Of a stretch of DNA of 64,000 nt, positions 1 to 8,870 are shown in pieces. Each line of letters opens with the position of its first letter. Within the stretch, counting starts at the first letter, position 1. The notes under the pieces are model-generated. The model was not told where the DNA came from, did no database searches, and saw only the letters and a list, made by a program, of their open reading frames with translations. Source of the stretch: Candidatus Hecatella orcuttiae. Its GTDB lineage: Archaea > Thermoproteota > Bathyarchaeia > Hecatellales > Hecatellaceae. The stretch lies in the NCBI GenBank assembly GCA_002011035.2, contig MTLY02000001.1, forward strand, positions 448,001 through 512,000, read 5' to 3'. The position numbers and the translations under genes are program-made.

Positions 1-449
1 TCCGCGTTCGCAGCTATGTAGGTGTCCCCTGCATAAACCAGGAAGGGCTCGTCTCCGATGAAGTAGCGGGCCCTGTAGACGGCGTCGCCGAAGCCTCGGG
101 GGCTAGGCTGGTTCACCCAAACGATGTTGGAGCGGTCGACCATCCTGTAAAACCTCCTGACCTCTGAGACGGTGAGCTTGTTGCTGGGTTTCTTGACCTT
201 CAACGCCTTCTCGTCGTGGGCGAAATGGTCTTCGATAGCCCGCTTACCCCGGCCTACGATGAAACAGAAGTTTCTTATTCCGAAATCGAATATCTGCTCG
301 AAGACAGATTGGAGAAGGGGCTTAACGTAGACCCCGCCATTTCTGCCCTTGCAGAAAATGGGCAGCATTTCTTTGGGCTGTTCTATGGTGGCGGGATAAA
401 GCCGGGTGCCAAGCCCCGCGGCGGGGATGACAACCTTCCGCACCTGCAT
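1..449 (-). CDS. galU: UTP-glucose-1-phosphate uridylyltransferase / sugar nucleotidyltransferase (runs off window start)
   Basis: Manual translation from ATG at 449: MQVRKVVIPAAGLGTRLYPATIEQPKEMLP...GRGKRAIEDHF...QPSPRGFGDAV...AGD; not in ORF track; follows ugd on same strand. Confidence 0.85.
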   Translation of the reverse strand, partial: MQVRKVVIPAAGLGTRLYPATIEQPKEMLPIFCKGRNGGVYVKPLLQSVFEQIFDFGIRNFCFIVGRGKRAIEDHFAHDEKALKVKKPSNKLTVSEVRRFYRMVDRSNIVWVNQPSPRGFGDAVYRARYFIGDEPFLVYAGDTYIAANA

Positions 450-506
450 TTTTTCACGCACCGAGTCCGCCAAATATCCCCCTCACGAGAATGCATATAA
501 GAGTTA

Positions 507-1850
507 TTACGAAGGTTGATGGCCCCAACCAACAGCGGCAAACCTCAACTTTTTGGAGAAAACATTGGGGTTGAAAACCTTCCTGCCGTCGACCACGGCG
601 GGGTTGCGCATGACCTTTGTGAAGTCTCCGGGTTTAAGTTTCTTGAACTCACTCCACTCTGTGACCAGTATGCAGCAGTCAGCCTTTTTGAGGCAGTCCC
701 GCGGGGAACCAGCATACATGATTTTTTTCCCGTAGAGTTTTTCCACCTCAGGCATAGCCACAGGGTCGTACACAGCTACCTCAGCCCCCAAACCCAGCAG
801 CCTGTCGATGATCTTCAGCGAAGCAGCCTCCCGGATGTCGCTGGTCTCAGGCTTGAAGGCTAAACCTAAAAGGGCCACCCGTTTCCCCTTCAAGCTTCCC
901 ACCAGCTGCTCAGCAAGCTCCACCCCATGAAACGCCTGCCGCTCATTTACATCCAAAATGCTCCGGAGGAGGAGGGGAGGGTATCTCTTCCGCTGGGCAT
1001 AGGCTATCAGGGCCCTAACGTCTTTTGGGAAACATGAGCCGCCGAAGCCCAGCCCAGCCTCAAGAAACAGGTGGCCGATGCGCTTGTCGTAGCCCATACC
1101 CTTCGCCACCTCAGCCACATCCACGCCGGCCGTGGCTTCGCAGATACGGGCTATTTCGTTTATGAAAGAGATTTTAGCAGCGAGGAAAGCGTTGCTGGCG
1201 TACTTCACCATCTCAGCTGAAGCCAAACTCATCCGGAGAATGGGAGGGGTCTTCTTTCCGTAAAACCTGCGGTAAAACTTGTGCAGAATGTCCCCCGACT
1301 TTCGGTCGTACTCACCTATCACAACGCGGTCTGTGTGAAACGTATCGTAGACAGCCTTGCCCTCGCGCAGAAACTCGGGGCTCATGCAGAGGCCGAAACC
1401 GTCTCCCGCCTTCTTCCCCGAGTGTTTCTCAACGGAATCCTTAACCAGCCCGCCGGTGGTTCCCGGTACAACCGTACTCTTAACCACAACAAGATGATAC
1501 CCCCTTTTCTCAGCGATGGCCTCCCCGATTTCTTCACTGGACCGCTTGATGATGGACAGGTCGATGTCTCCGTCCGGCCGGCTGGGGGTTCCCACAGCGA
1601 TAAACGTGATCTCAGAATTTGAAGCCGCCTCCTTGAGATCCGTGGTGCATCGGAAAAGCTTACTCTTCAACGAGCTTCTGAGGAGACGCTTCAGTTTAGG
1701 CTCGTAGAAGGGGGGCTCCCCTTGGTTAATAGTCTTCGCCTTGTCTTCGTCGTGGGTTACAGCGTAGGCCTTGAAGCCTCTCTCGGCAAAGCAGACTGCG
1801 GAAACTAAACCTACAAACCCAGTGCCGGTGACTGATACGCCTTTAATCAA
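507..1850 (-). CDS. ugd: UDP-glucose/GDP-mannose 6-dehydrogenase
   Basis: GTGFVG Rossmann motif, IAVGTP, KSTVVPGT, PEFLREG, KYASNAFLA, GFGGSCFPKD catalytic Cys. Confidence 0.93.
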   Translation of the reverse strand: MIKGVSVTGTGFVGLVSAVCFAERGFKAYAVTHDEDKAKTINQGEPPFYEPKLKRLLRSSLKSKLFRCTTDLKEAASNSEITFIAVGTPSRPDGDIDLSIIKRSSEEIGEAIAEKRGYHLVVVKSTVVPGTTGGLVKDSVEKHSGKKAGDGFGLCMSPEFLREGKAVYDTFHTDRVVIGEYDRKSGDILHKFYRRFYGKKTPPILRMSLASAEMVKYASNAFLAAKISFINEIARICEATAGVDVAEVAKGMGYDKRIGHLFLEAGLGFGGSCFPKDVRALIAYAQRKRYPPLLLRSILDVNERQAFHGVELAEQLVGSLKGKRVALLGLAFKPETSDIREAASLKIIDRLLGLGAEVAVYDPVAMPEVEKLYGKKIMYAGSPRDCLKKADCCILVTEWSEFKKLKPGDFTKVMRNPAVVDGRKVFNPNVFSKKLRFAAVGWGHQPS

Positions 1851-2134
1851 CGGTTATTCCACCTGAAAAATGCAGCTTAACTTCAATGAGCCCTCAACCT
1901 GCTACAAAAGATAACGTATAACGCACTTCACATACACTCTTTAGGAATTAGTTAGGCGGCTTATATTTAAAATAATTTACGTTTTCCGAACGATGAACAA
2001 ACATCGAAAGCCACTGAATCGAGAATCCCTTGTTCTTGCTCATCAGGGGAAAGACTGGCCGCCTAAGATATGAATGTTTTTAAATATTTAGAGGAGGCTA
2101 AGTTTGTTCCGTCAATCAGGGGCGGGGGTCTCTC

Positions 2135-3514
2135 CTGTCGAGAAAAGTTTTGGTCGTAGGCTTGGACGCTGCTCCTCCTGAGCTGGTCTTCCACAAGTTC
2201 AGAGACATCCTCCCCAACCTAGGGGAAATGCTGGACAGAGGCGCCTACGGGGAACTGGAAAGCTGCCATCCGCCCATAACCATCCCCGCTTGGGCTGTTT
2301 TGGCCACAGGCAAGAACCCGGGGAAACTGGGGCTTTACGGTTTCAGGTATAGGAGGAACTTTTCCTACACTGAGCAGGGCATCGCCACCTCCCTTTCGGT
2401 TAGGGAGCCGGCTCTCTGGGAGGTTTTCTCAGACCAAGGGCATTCCTCCTGCCTGGTGGGAGTTCCTCCCAGCTACCCCCCACGGCCCCTGAACGGTAAC
2501 ATGATCTCCTGCTTCATAACCCCCAGTGCGGAGAAGGCTTACACCTACCCCCTGGGGCTGAAGAGGGAAGTGGAGAGGCTGGTGGGGAGGTACCTCTTCG
2601 ACGTGGAGTTCAGAGTTGAAGACAGAGAAAGACTTCTCCGGAGGCTTTACGAGATGACGGAGAAGAGGTTTAGAGTCCTAAACTACCTGATGGAACACAA
2701 GAAATGGGATTTTTTCATGTTCGTCGAAATCGGCTTGGACAGGCTTCACCACGCCTTCTGGAAGTTCTTCGACCCCCAGCACCCCAAATACGAGGCCGGC
2801 AACAGCTTCGAAGGGGTGATCGAAGACTACTACAAATACCTCGACTTGAAGGTGGGGGAAATGCTGAAGACCGCGGGAAAGGACACGCTGACCTTCGCCG
2901 TCTCCGACCACGGGGTCAAAGGGATGAAAGGCGCCTTCTGCATCAACCAATGGCTGGCTGAGGAAGGATACCTCACCTTCACCCACCCGCCGGGCGGAGT
3001 CGTAGACTTGGAAGAAGCTCCCGTCGACTGGGAGAAAACCCTAGCCTGGGGGTGGGGCGGCTACTATGCGAGGATTTTCCTCAACGTCAAAGGCCGGGAG
3101 CCCCGGGGCGTGGTAGACCCCGGGGACTATGAATCCCTCAGGGATGAGCTGGCTGGGAAGCTGTCGGAGCTCAGAGACCCTGAGGGAAGAAGAATGCGGA
3201 ACAGAGTGTTTAAACCCCAACAGCTCTACCCGGAGCTCCACGGCGAGCCTCCAGACCTGCTGGTGTACTTGGACGACCTTTACTGGAGGTCCGCTGGAAC
3301 GGTAGGGCATGGAAGCCTTTACCTCTCTGAGAACGACAAAGGCCCCGACGACGCGGTGCACTCCATGCACGGCATCTACATCGCCTACGATCCCCAAGAA
3401 ACCCTGAAGAAGGGAAGAGTGGAGAAAGCCCGCCTCCTAGATGTGGCGCCTACCATCCTCCACCTAGCCGGCCTCCCGGTACCAGAGGACATGGAGGGTA
3501 GAGTCCTAGAATAG
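2135..3514 (+). CDS. Alkaline phosphatase superfamily / type I phosphodiesterase-like protein (COG3379-like)
   Basis: VVGLDAA, SCHPPITIPAW..TGKNPG (Thr nucleophile), DRLHH, VSDHG, DVAPTIL; start moved to in-frame CTG 2135 (SRKVLVVGLD) behind a G-rich SD. Confidence 0.85.
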   Translation: MSRKVLVVGLDAAPPELVFHKFRDILPNLGEMLDRGAYGELESCHPPITIPAWAVLATGKNPGKLGLYGFRYRRNFSYTEQGIATSLSVREPALWEVFSDQGHSSCLVGVPPSYPPRPLNGNMISCFITPSAEKAYTYPLGLKREVERLVGRYLFDVEFRVEDRERLLRRLYEMTEKRFRVLNYLMEHKKWDFFMFVEIGLDRLHHAFWKFFDPQHPKYEAGNSFEGVIEDYYKYLDLKVGEMLKTAGKDTLTFAVSDHGVKGMKGAFCINQWLAEEGYLTFTHPPGGVVDLEEAPVDWEKTLAWGWGGYYARIFLNVKGREPRGVVDPGDYESLRDELAGKLSELRDPEGRRMRNRVFKPQQLYPELHGEPPDLLVYLDDLYWRSAGTVGHGSLYLSENDKGPDDAVHSMHGIYIAYDPQETLKKGRVEKARLLDVAPTILHLAGLPVPEDMEGRVLE

Positions 3515-3520
3515 AGGAGC

Positions 3521-4054
3521 GTGCTCAGGGTGGGTAAAGGCTTCACAGTCTGGTTAACCGGCCTTCCCGGAGCCGGGAAGACCACCACAGCCCGAGGCTT
3601 GGAGCATGCCCTGAAGACCAAGGGCCTGCGGGTTGAAGTCTTGGACGGGGATGAAATCCGAAAGGCGCTGAGCCCTGAGGCTGGGTTCAGCCGAGAGGAC
3701 CGGGAGAGGCACATCCGACGGGTTGCCCACGTGAGCAAGCTGCTGGCCCGGAATGGGGTGGCTGTCATCGTCTCCTTGGTTTCCCCCTACCGCTCCGTCA
3801 GGGAGCACGCTCGGAGGGAGATTCGGAACTTCGTGGAGGTTTGGGTGAAATGCCCCTTGGAAACCTGCATTCAACGGGACCCTAAGGGCCTCTACAAGAA
3901 GGCTTTGGCCGGGGAGCTGGAGAATATGACGGGGATTCAAGACCCCTACGAGGAGCCGCTGAACCCTGAGGTCGTCGTGGACACGGAAGCGGAGCCGCCT
4001 GAGGCCTGCGTGGAAAAAATCCTGAACAAGCTGAGAGAGCTGGATTACTGTTAA
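3521..4054 (+). CDS. cysC: Adenylyl-sulfate (APS) kinase
   Basis: WLTGLPGAGKTT, LDGDEIR, GFSREDR, RDPKGLY, TGIQDPYEEP. Confidence 0.95.
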   Translation: MLRVGKGFTVWLTGLPGAGKTTTARGLEHALKTKGLRVEVLDGDEIRKALSPEAGFSREDRERHIRRVAHVSKLLARNGVAVIVSLVSPYRSVREHARREIRNFVEVWVKCPLETCIQRDPKGLYKKALAGELENMTGIQDPYEEPLNPEVVVDTEAEPPEACVEKILNKLRELDYC

Positions 4055-4155
4055 ATTCGAAAAAGGCTTAATTTTTTAACCCAATACACCTATCACGTGG
4101 GCGGAGCGTAGCCCTACGCTAGGGCTGTTCCACAGCAAGTTGAAGGTTTCAAAAA

Positions 4156-4725
4156 TTGAGTGAGAAAATCCGCTCCTTCATATCCGTCGACGTGGAAGAC
4201 AGGCAGCTGGTGGAGAGGCTGGTGGAGCTTCAGCAAACCCTCCGGCAGACGGGAGCCGACCTCAAACTGGTGGAGCCTGAAAACCTGCACTTCACCCTCC
4301 GCTTCCTCGGGGAGCTTTCACCGTCAACCCTCAAGGCGGTGGTTGAAGAGCTGGGGAAGCTGCGTTTTCAACCCTTCCCTGTCCGCCTTCAAGGCCTAGG
4401 CGCCTTCCCCAGCGTGAGGAGGATCAACGTCGTCTGGGTGGGGATGTCGGAGGGGGCTGAAAAGCTGGGGGAAATCGCCAAAAACCTAGAAGCCGGCTTG
4501 CGGAGGATAGGCATCCCCCCTGATCCCAAAGGCTTCAGCCCCCACCTAACCCTAGCCCGGGTGAAAACAGGGAAGAACCGGGAAGAACTGTCCCGCCTCC
4601 TGGCTCAGCATTCCCAAACTCCAGTGGGCAGGATGGAGGTGAAGGCAGTTCGGCTGAAGAGAAGCATCCTCACCCCAAAAGGGCCTAGGTACTCTACCGT
4701 CCACGAGGTTTCAGGCTTTGGCTAG
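4156..4725 (+). CDS. thpR: RNA 2',3'-cyclic phosphodiesterase (2H family)
   Basis: Two HxT motifs (LHFTLRFLG, PHLTLARV), KRSILTPKGPRY; overlaps cca. Confidence 0.93.
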   Translation: MSEKIRSFISVDVEDRQLVERLVELQQTLRQTGADLKLVEPENLHFTLRFLGELSPSTLKAVVEELGKLRFQPFPVRLQGLGAFPSVRRINVVWVGMSEGAEKLGEIAKNLEAGLRRIGIPPDPKGFSPHLTLARVKTGKNREELSRLLAQHSQTPVGRMEVKAVRLKRSILTPKGPRYSTVHEVSGFG

Positions 4726-6145
4726 AAGAAAAGAAATCTACACCATCCTAGCTGAAGTAGCCCGGAGGGTTACTCCCACCCCTGCGGAGCGGAGGCAGGT
4801 TTCCGGGATGGCGGAGGAGCTGAGGAAGAGGGTTGAAGAACTAGCTCGGGAGAGGGGTGTTCCCGCGGAGGTGAGGGTGGAAGGCTCCGTGGCCAAGGAC
4901 ACTTGGCTGAGGGGAGACGCGGACATCGACGTGTTCATGCTCATCCCCGAGCATGTGGAGAGGCGGGAGATAGCCTCCACCTACATGGAAATAGCCCGCG
5001 AAAGCCTGAGAGGCTACCCTCAAACCGAAAGGTACGCGGAGCACCCCTACGTGGAAGCCCAGCTTACCCCCACGGTCAAGGCCAACATCGTCCCCTGCTA
5101 CCGGGTTAAGCCGCCCCGATGGAAGACAGCCACCGACAGGACGCCCTACCACACGGAGTATGTCAGAAAAAAGCTGAGGTCGGAGAAGGGGAAAAAAGAG
5201 GTTCGGCTTCTCAAGAGGTTCATGAAGGGAATCAGCGTCTACGGCTCCGACATCAAGGTAGGCGGCTTCAGCGGATACCTCGCCGAGCTGCTCATCATCC
5301 ACTACGGAAGCTTCCTCAACACCTTAGAGGCTTCCTCCCAGTGGAGAAGGGGGGAGTTCCTCGACGTGGAAGACTACTTCGGCGGGAGGGGGGAGGAAGC
5401 TCGAAAGCTTTTCGACAGCCCTCCCCTCCTCGCCGTCGACCCGGTGGACAGGCATAGGAACGTGGCCTCAGCCCTCAGGGAGGAGTGCTTCCACTTCTTC
5501 CGGGAGGCTTCGAAACGCTTCCTCCACCAGCCCAGCCGGAGGTTTTTCTATCCCCCCTCCCCCAAGCCTTTGGCGGCTAGGCGGCTGCAGGAAGCCCTAG
5601 CCCGCCGTGGAGGCTACCTTCTCTTCCTCAAGCTGGGGGCGGTGAAGGCGGTTCCCGACGTCCTCTGGGGACAGCTTTACAAGACGGAGAAGGCCCTCGT
5701 GAGGCTGCTGGAGGATTTCGACTTCCAAGTCCTAAGGTCCGCTGTGTGGAGTGACGAAGCCTCCAACTCTGTCTTGGTCTTTGAACTCGAAGAAGGCTCG
5801 CAAGGGGGGACGGTGAAACACCTAGGGCCGCCTGTCTTGGCCGGGGAGGAAGAAAATTTCCTAGCCAAACATCTGGGTGGAAGAAACACCGTTTCAGGAC
5901 CCTACATCGAGGGCGGCAGGTGGGCTGTCCTGGTCAGGAGGAAGTACACCGACGCCAAAACCATGCTCAGAGATAAACTGGCCGACGGCGGCCGGAGCGT
6001 AGGCGTGGCCAGCCGCTTGGCTGAAACCATCCGGGAAGGCTTCAACCTCCTAGCCAGCGGAGAAATCTCCCGCTTCTACCAGCAGCACCGAGACTTCGCC
6101 GCCTTCCTAACGAGGTTCTTAGACGGGAAGCCTCCTTGGCTTTGA
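4718..6145 (+). CDS. cca: Archaeal class I CCA-adding enzyme
   Basis: GSVAKDTWL..DADIDVF, YAEHPY, DRTPYH, GFSGYLAELL, DPVD..RNVA. Confidence 0.95.
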   Translation: MARRKEIYTILAEVARRVTPTPAERRQVSGMAEELRKRVEELARERGVPAEVRVEGSVAKDTWLRGDADIDVFMLIPEHVERREIASTYMEIARESLRGYPQTERYAEHPYVEAQLTPTVKANIVPCYRVKPPRWKTATDRTPYHTEYVRKKLRSEKGKKEVRLLKRFMKGISVYGSDIKVGGFSGYLAELLIIHYGSFLNTLEASSQWRRGEFLDVEDYFGGRGEEARKLFDSPPLLAVDPVDRHRNVASALREECFHFFREASKRFLHQPSRRFFYPPSPKPLAARRLQEALARRGGYLLFLKLGAVKAVPDVLWGQLYKTEKALVRLLEDFDFQVLRSAVWSDEASNSVLVFELEEGSQGGTVKHLGPPVLAGEEENFLAKHLGGRNTVSGPYIEGGRWAVLVRRKYTDAKTMLRDKLADGGRSVGVASRLAETIREGFNLLASGEISRFYQQHRDFAAFLTRFLDGKPPWL

Positions 6146-6213
6146 CCCGGGTTTTTTCAGGCACCAGCCCTAAAGCTCTTTAAGCCACTTGTCCTTCACT
6201 AAAAAGTTAAACA

Positions 6214-7131
6214 GTGAATGGGGAAAAGGCTATGTGGAAGTTTGAGGCAGAGCAGAAAAAGTACAGGATAGGAAACGTGGAAGTGGGTGGTGTCCCCGGG
6301 GAAAGACCCACCGTCCTGGTAGGCTCCATTTTCCACCACAAACACAGGGTCGTCCGAGACGAACAAAAGGGGGAATTCGACCGGAAGACGGCGGAGGCCC
6401 TGATAAACCTCCAGCATGAGTTCTCCGACAAGACAGGGAACCCCTGCATGCTGGATGTGGTGGGTTCCACGCCTGAGGCCTTGGAGAAGTTCATCGACTT
6501 CGCCGCCGAAGTAAGCGACGGCCCCCTCCTGTTGGACGGGGTCTCGGAATCCGTCCGTTTACCTGTGCTGGACCACGTGAAGGCAGCGGGCCTGTCGGAG
6601 AGAATAGTCTACAACACCGTGTCCCCCCGAGCCTCAGAGGGGGAGCTGGAGAAAATAAAGGAAGCTGGAATCAAAAGCGCTGTGCTCCTCATCTGCCCCA
6701 AGGCGGGTTTCGGCTCCAAGGAAAGGGTGGCCACGGCCAAAGAGCTACTGAAAACGGTGAAGAAGGCCGGGGTGGAGAAACCTCTGATCGACACCTGCAT
6801 CCTCGACGTTCCCACCCTCGGATTCGCCTGCCGAACCATCACCCAGCTGAAAAATGAGCTGGGCGCGGTCATGGGAGGAGGAGCCCACAACGCCGTGGAC
6901 ACGTGGAGGGGCCTCCGGTCTAAGATGGGCCTGCCAGCCGTGAAGCCGGCGGAAGCTTCAGCCAACATCCTCATCGCCGCCGCGGGAGCCGACTTCATCC
7001 TCTACGGCCCTCTAGAAAACGCCGAGTACGTCTTCCCCACGGTGGCCATGGTGGACGCGGCCTTCGCCCAGCTTCGCATGGAGGAAGGCGTGAGGATAAG
7101 CCGGGAGCATCCTAAATACAGAATCGCCTAA
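6214..7131 (+). CDS. mtrH: MtrH-family (MtrH/MtgA-like) methylcorrinoid:tetrahydropterin methyltransferase
   Basis: IGNVEVGGVPGERPTVLVGSIF, GEFDRKTAEALIN, GGGAHNA, GADFILYGPLE; likely start ATG 6232. Confidence 0.88.
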   Translation: MNGEKAMWKFEAEQKKYRIGNVEVGGVPGERPTVLVGSIFHHKHRVVRDEQKGEFDRKTAEALINLQHEFSDKTGNPCMLDVVGSTPEALEKFIDFAAEVSDGPLLLDGVSESVRLPVLDHVKAAGLSERIVYNTVSPRASEGELEKIKEAGIKSAVLLICPKAGFGSKERVATAKELLKTVKKAGVEKPLIDTCILDVPTLGFACRTITQLKNELGAVMGGGAHNAVDTWRGLRSKMGLPAVKPAEASANILIAAAGADFILYGPLENAEYVFPTVAMVDAAFAQLRMEEGVRISREHPKYRIA

Positions 7132-7151
7132 CCGGATTCAGGTTCCCAAAA

Positions 7152-7931
7152 TTGGGTGAACTTCTCCCTCTGGAGGAGGTGAAGCTTGAACACCACGGAC
7201 TACTTCTCTGCTATCCAGCTCCAGAGCGGAAGGAATTCGAAAAGCGCCTCCGAGAGCTGGAAAAACTGGGCATCCGGTGCTTAGAGCTGGCGGGAAGCAA
7301 GAGGGTTCACCCCTTCTCCATCCTTGGGAAAGGCTACTCCAGCCTAGTGGTCGCGGCGGTGAGAAGGGATGGACTGCGGTGTGCGCTTAAAATTCGCAGA
7401 CTGGACTCCGGAAAGCCTGACCTCGGCCATGAAGCCACCATGCACTCCGCAGCCAACAGGGTGGGAGTCGGACCCCGCCTCTACGGTTTCACGGAAAACA
7501 TCCTCTCCATGGAGCTGGTGGAAGGCGTACACCTGCCGGAGTGGCTCACCGCTGTGGAGGAGAAGGGAAAGCGGGATGCGGTGAAAAAAGTCTTGAAAGA
7601 AACCCTCACCCAGTGCCGCAGCCTAGATAAGGCTGGGCTGGACCACGGGGAGCTGAGCCTAGCCTCCAAGCACATCCTCATCAGCCGGGAGGATAGGCCG
7701 TACCTCATCGACTTTGAGAAATCCAGCCTAAGGCGGAGGCCTGCCAACGTCACGGCTCTCTGCCACTTCCTCTTCCTCGGAGGCGCCACAGCCGAGCGGA
7801 TAGCCGCACTGATGGGGCGGATAAGCCGGGAGGCTCTCCGCGAGCTGCTGAGACGGTACAAGGCTGAGCTTGACGACGGAGCCTTTGAAAAGCTTCTCTC
7901 CGCCCTGTTTCCCAGGTCGGTTTTTTCGTAG
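7152..7931 (+). CDS. Atypical (RIO/Bud32-like) Ser/Thr protein kinase
   Basis: LGKGYSS Gly loop, ALKIRR, GLDHGELS, LIDFE. Confidence 0.8.
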   Translation: MGELLPLEEVKLEHHGLLLCYPAPERKEFEKRLRELEKLGIRCLELAGSKRVHPFSILGKGYSSLVVAAVRRDGLRCALKIRRLDSGKPDLGHEATMHSAANRVGVGPRLYGFTENILSMELVEGVHLPEWLTAVEEKGKRDAVKKVLKETLTQCRSLDKAGLDHGELSLASKHILISREDRPYLIDFEKSSLRRRPANVTALCHFLFLGGATAERIAALMGRISREALRELLRRYKAELDDGAFEKLLSALFPRSVFS

Positions 7932-7979
7932 TTCAATTTATATCCTCCCACCGCCCCGTAGTTTACGGGGGGCAGCCCT

Positions 7980-8303
7980 TTGGTTGAGGAGCTGATGTAT
8001 TTTAAGCTGAAGACCTTGGAAGACATGGTGAAGCTGGTAGCCTTCTCCCCGGCGCCCATGCTCCAGCATACGGTGGTGGAGGGTAGGCAGGTCTATTTTA
8101 TTCAAAGCTTCTCCATTGTAGGTAAGCCCTTGGTCTACTACCTGGAAAGGGATGAGAAGCTTGAGAGTAAATACGTCGTCTACAACCGGTTTAACGACAC
8201 CATATCCTTCAGCGACAAGCCCGGCTCCGACGGGCAGTCTGTCTACATACCCATCATCGAGATAGAGAAAACAAACCTGCTGGACATCATAGGCCGAAGG
8301 TGA
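7980..8303 (+). CDS. Conserved hypothetical protein
   Basis: Clean 107-aa ORF with upstream TTTATA and typical codon usage. Confidence 0.65.
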   Translation: MVEELMYFKLKTLEDMVKLVAFSPAPMLQHTVVEGRQVYFIQSFSIVGKPLVYYLERDEKLESKYVVYNRFNDTISFSDKPGSDGQSVYIPIIEIEKTNLLDIIGRR

Positions 8304-8318
8304 AGGTGAGGGAAAAGC

Positions 8319-8762
8319 CTACATTTCCTCCACCGACACAGCTGCCTTCCAGTTTTCCTCGAACTTCACCGTCACCTTGAGAACCTTGAAGCCCAGAGCC
8401 TTTTCGGAGGCATAGTTTTCCTGCCCTCCGGTTTTCTGTTGGTTCTCCCCCTCAGCAATCTTCACCGTGGCTAGGTAGAATTCTCCTTCCCGGGTGCAGA
8501 AGAAACTCCAGCTGGGACGTCGGAGGGATTGAAGGTAAGCTTTCTGGCGGTCGCTGAGCCCGTAGAAGCGGATGTCGTGGGCGGGCATGAAGTAGCCTCG
8601 CTTCATTCCGGAGGGGTCCAGAAGCTTGTCTGTGAAAGGCCTGTAACACTTCAGACCTATCTTTTTCAGGGCCCAGTAGGCTAGGACTTCTCCCACATCC
8701 CCCGTCAGCTCAGCGTCTTCCTCCACGGTTATCTTCACTTTTTCGGAAAGCGTTTCCACCAC
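8319..8762 (-). CDS. Hypothetical protein, possibly degenerate PD-(D/E)xK fold
   Basis: GDVGEVLAYWALKKIG and FFCTREGEFYLATVK resemble YraN/Hjc-type motifs without the acidic catalytic residues. Confidence 0.5.
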   Translation of the reverse strand: MVETLSEKVKITVEEDAELTGDVGEVLAYWALKKIGLKCYRPFTDKLLDPSGMKRGYFMPAHDIRFYGLSDRQKAYLQSLRRPSWSFFCTREGEFYLATVKIAEGENQQKTGGQENYASEKALGFKVLKVTVKFEENWKAAVSVEEM

Positions 8763-8870
8763 CCGGAAACAGATAAACTAATTCGCCCCTCTCCTTTAAA
8801 GGTTCATCACCCCTCTTTTTATGCCAGAGAAGCGATACTCATATTACTTCTAGGGGAGAAGCTGGAAGGG

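Noticed and set aside
216-500. 94-aa plus-strand ORF
   Set aside because: Antisense shadow of galU, which has clear motifs on the minus strand
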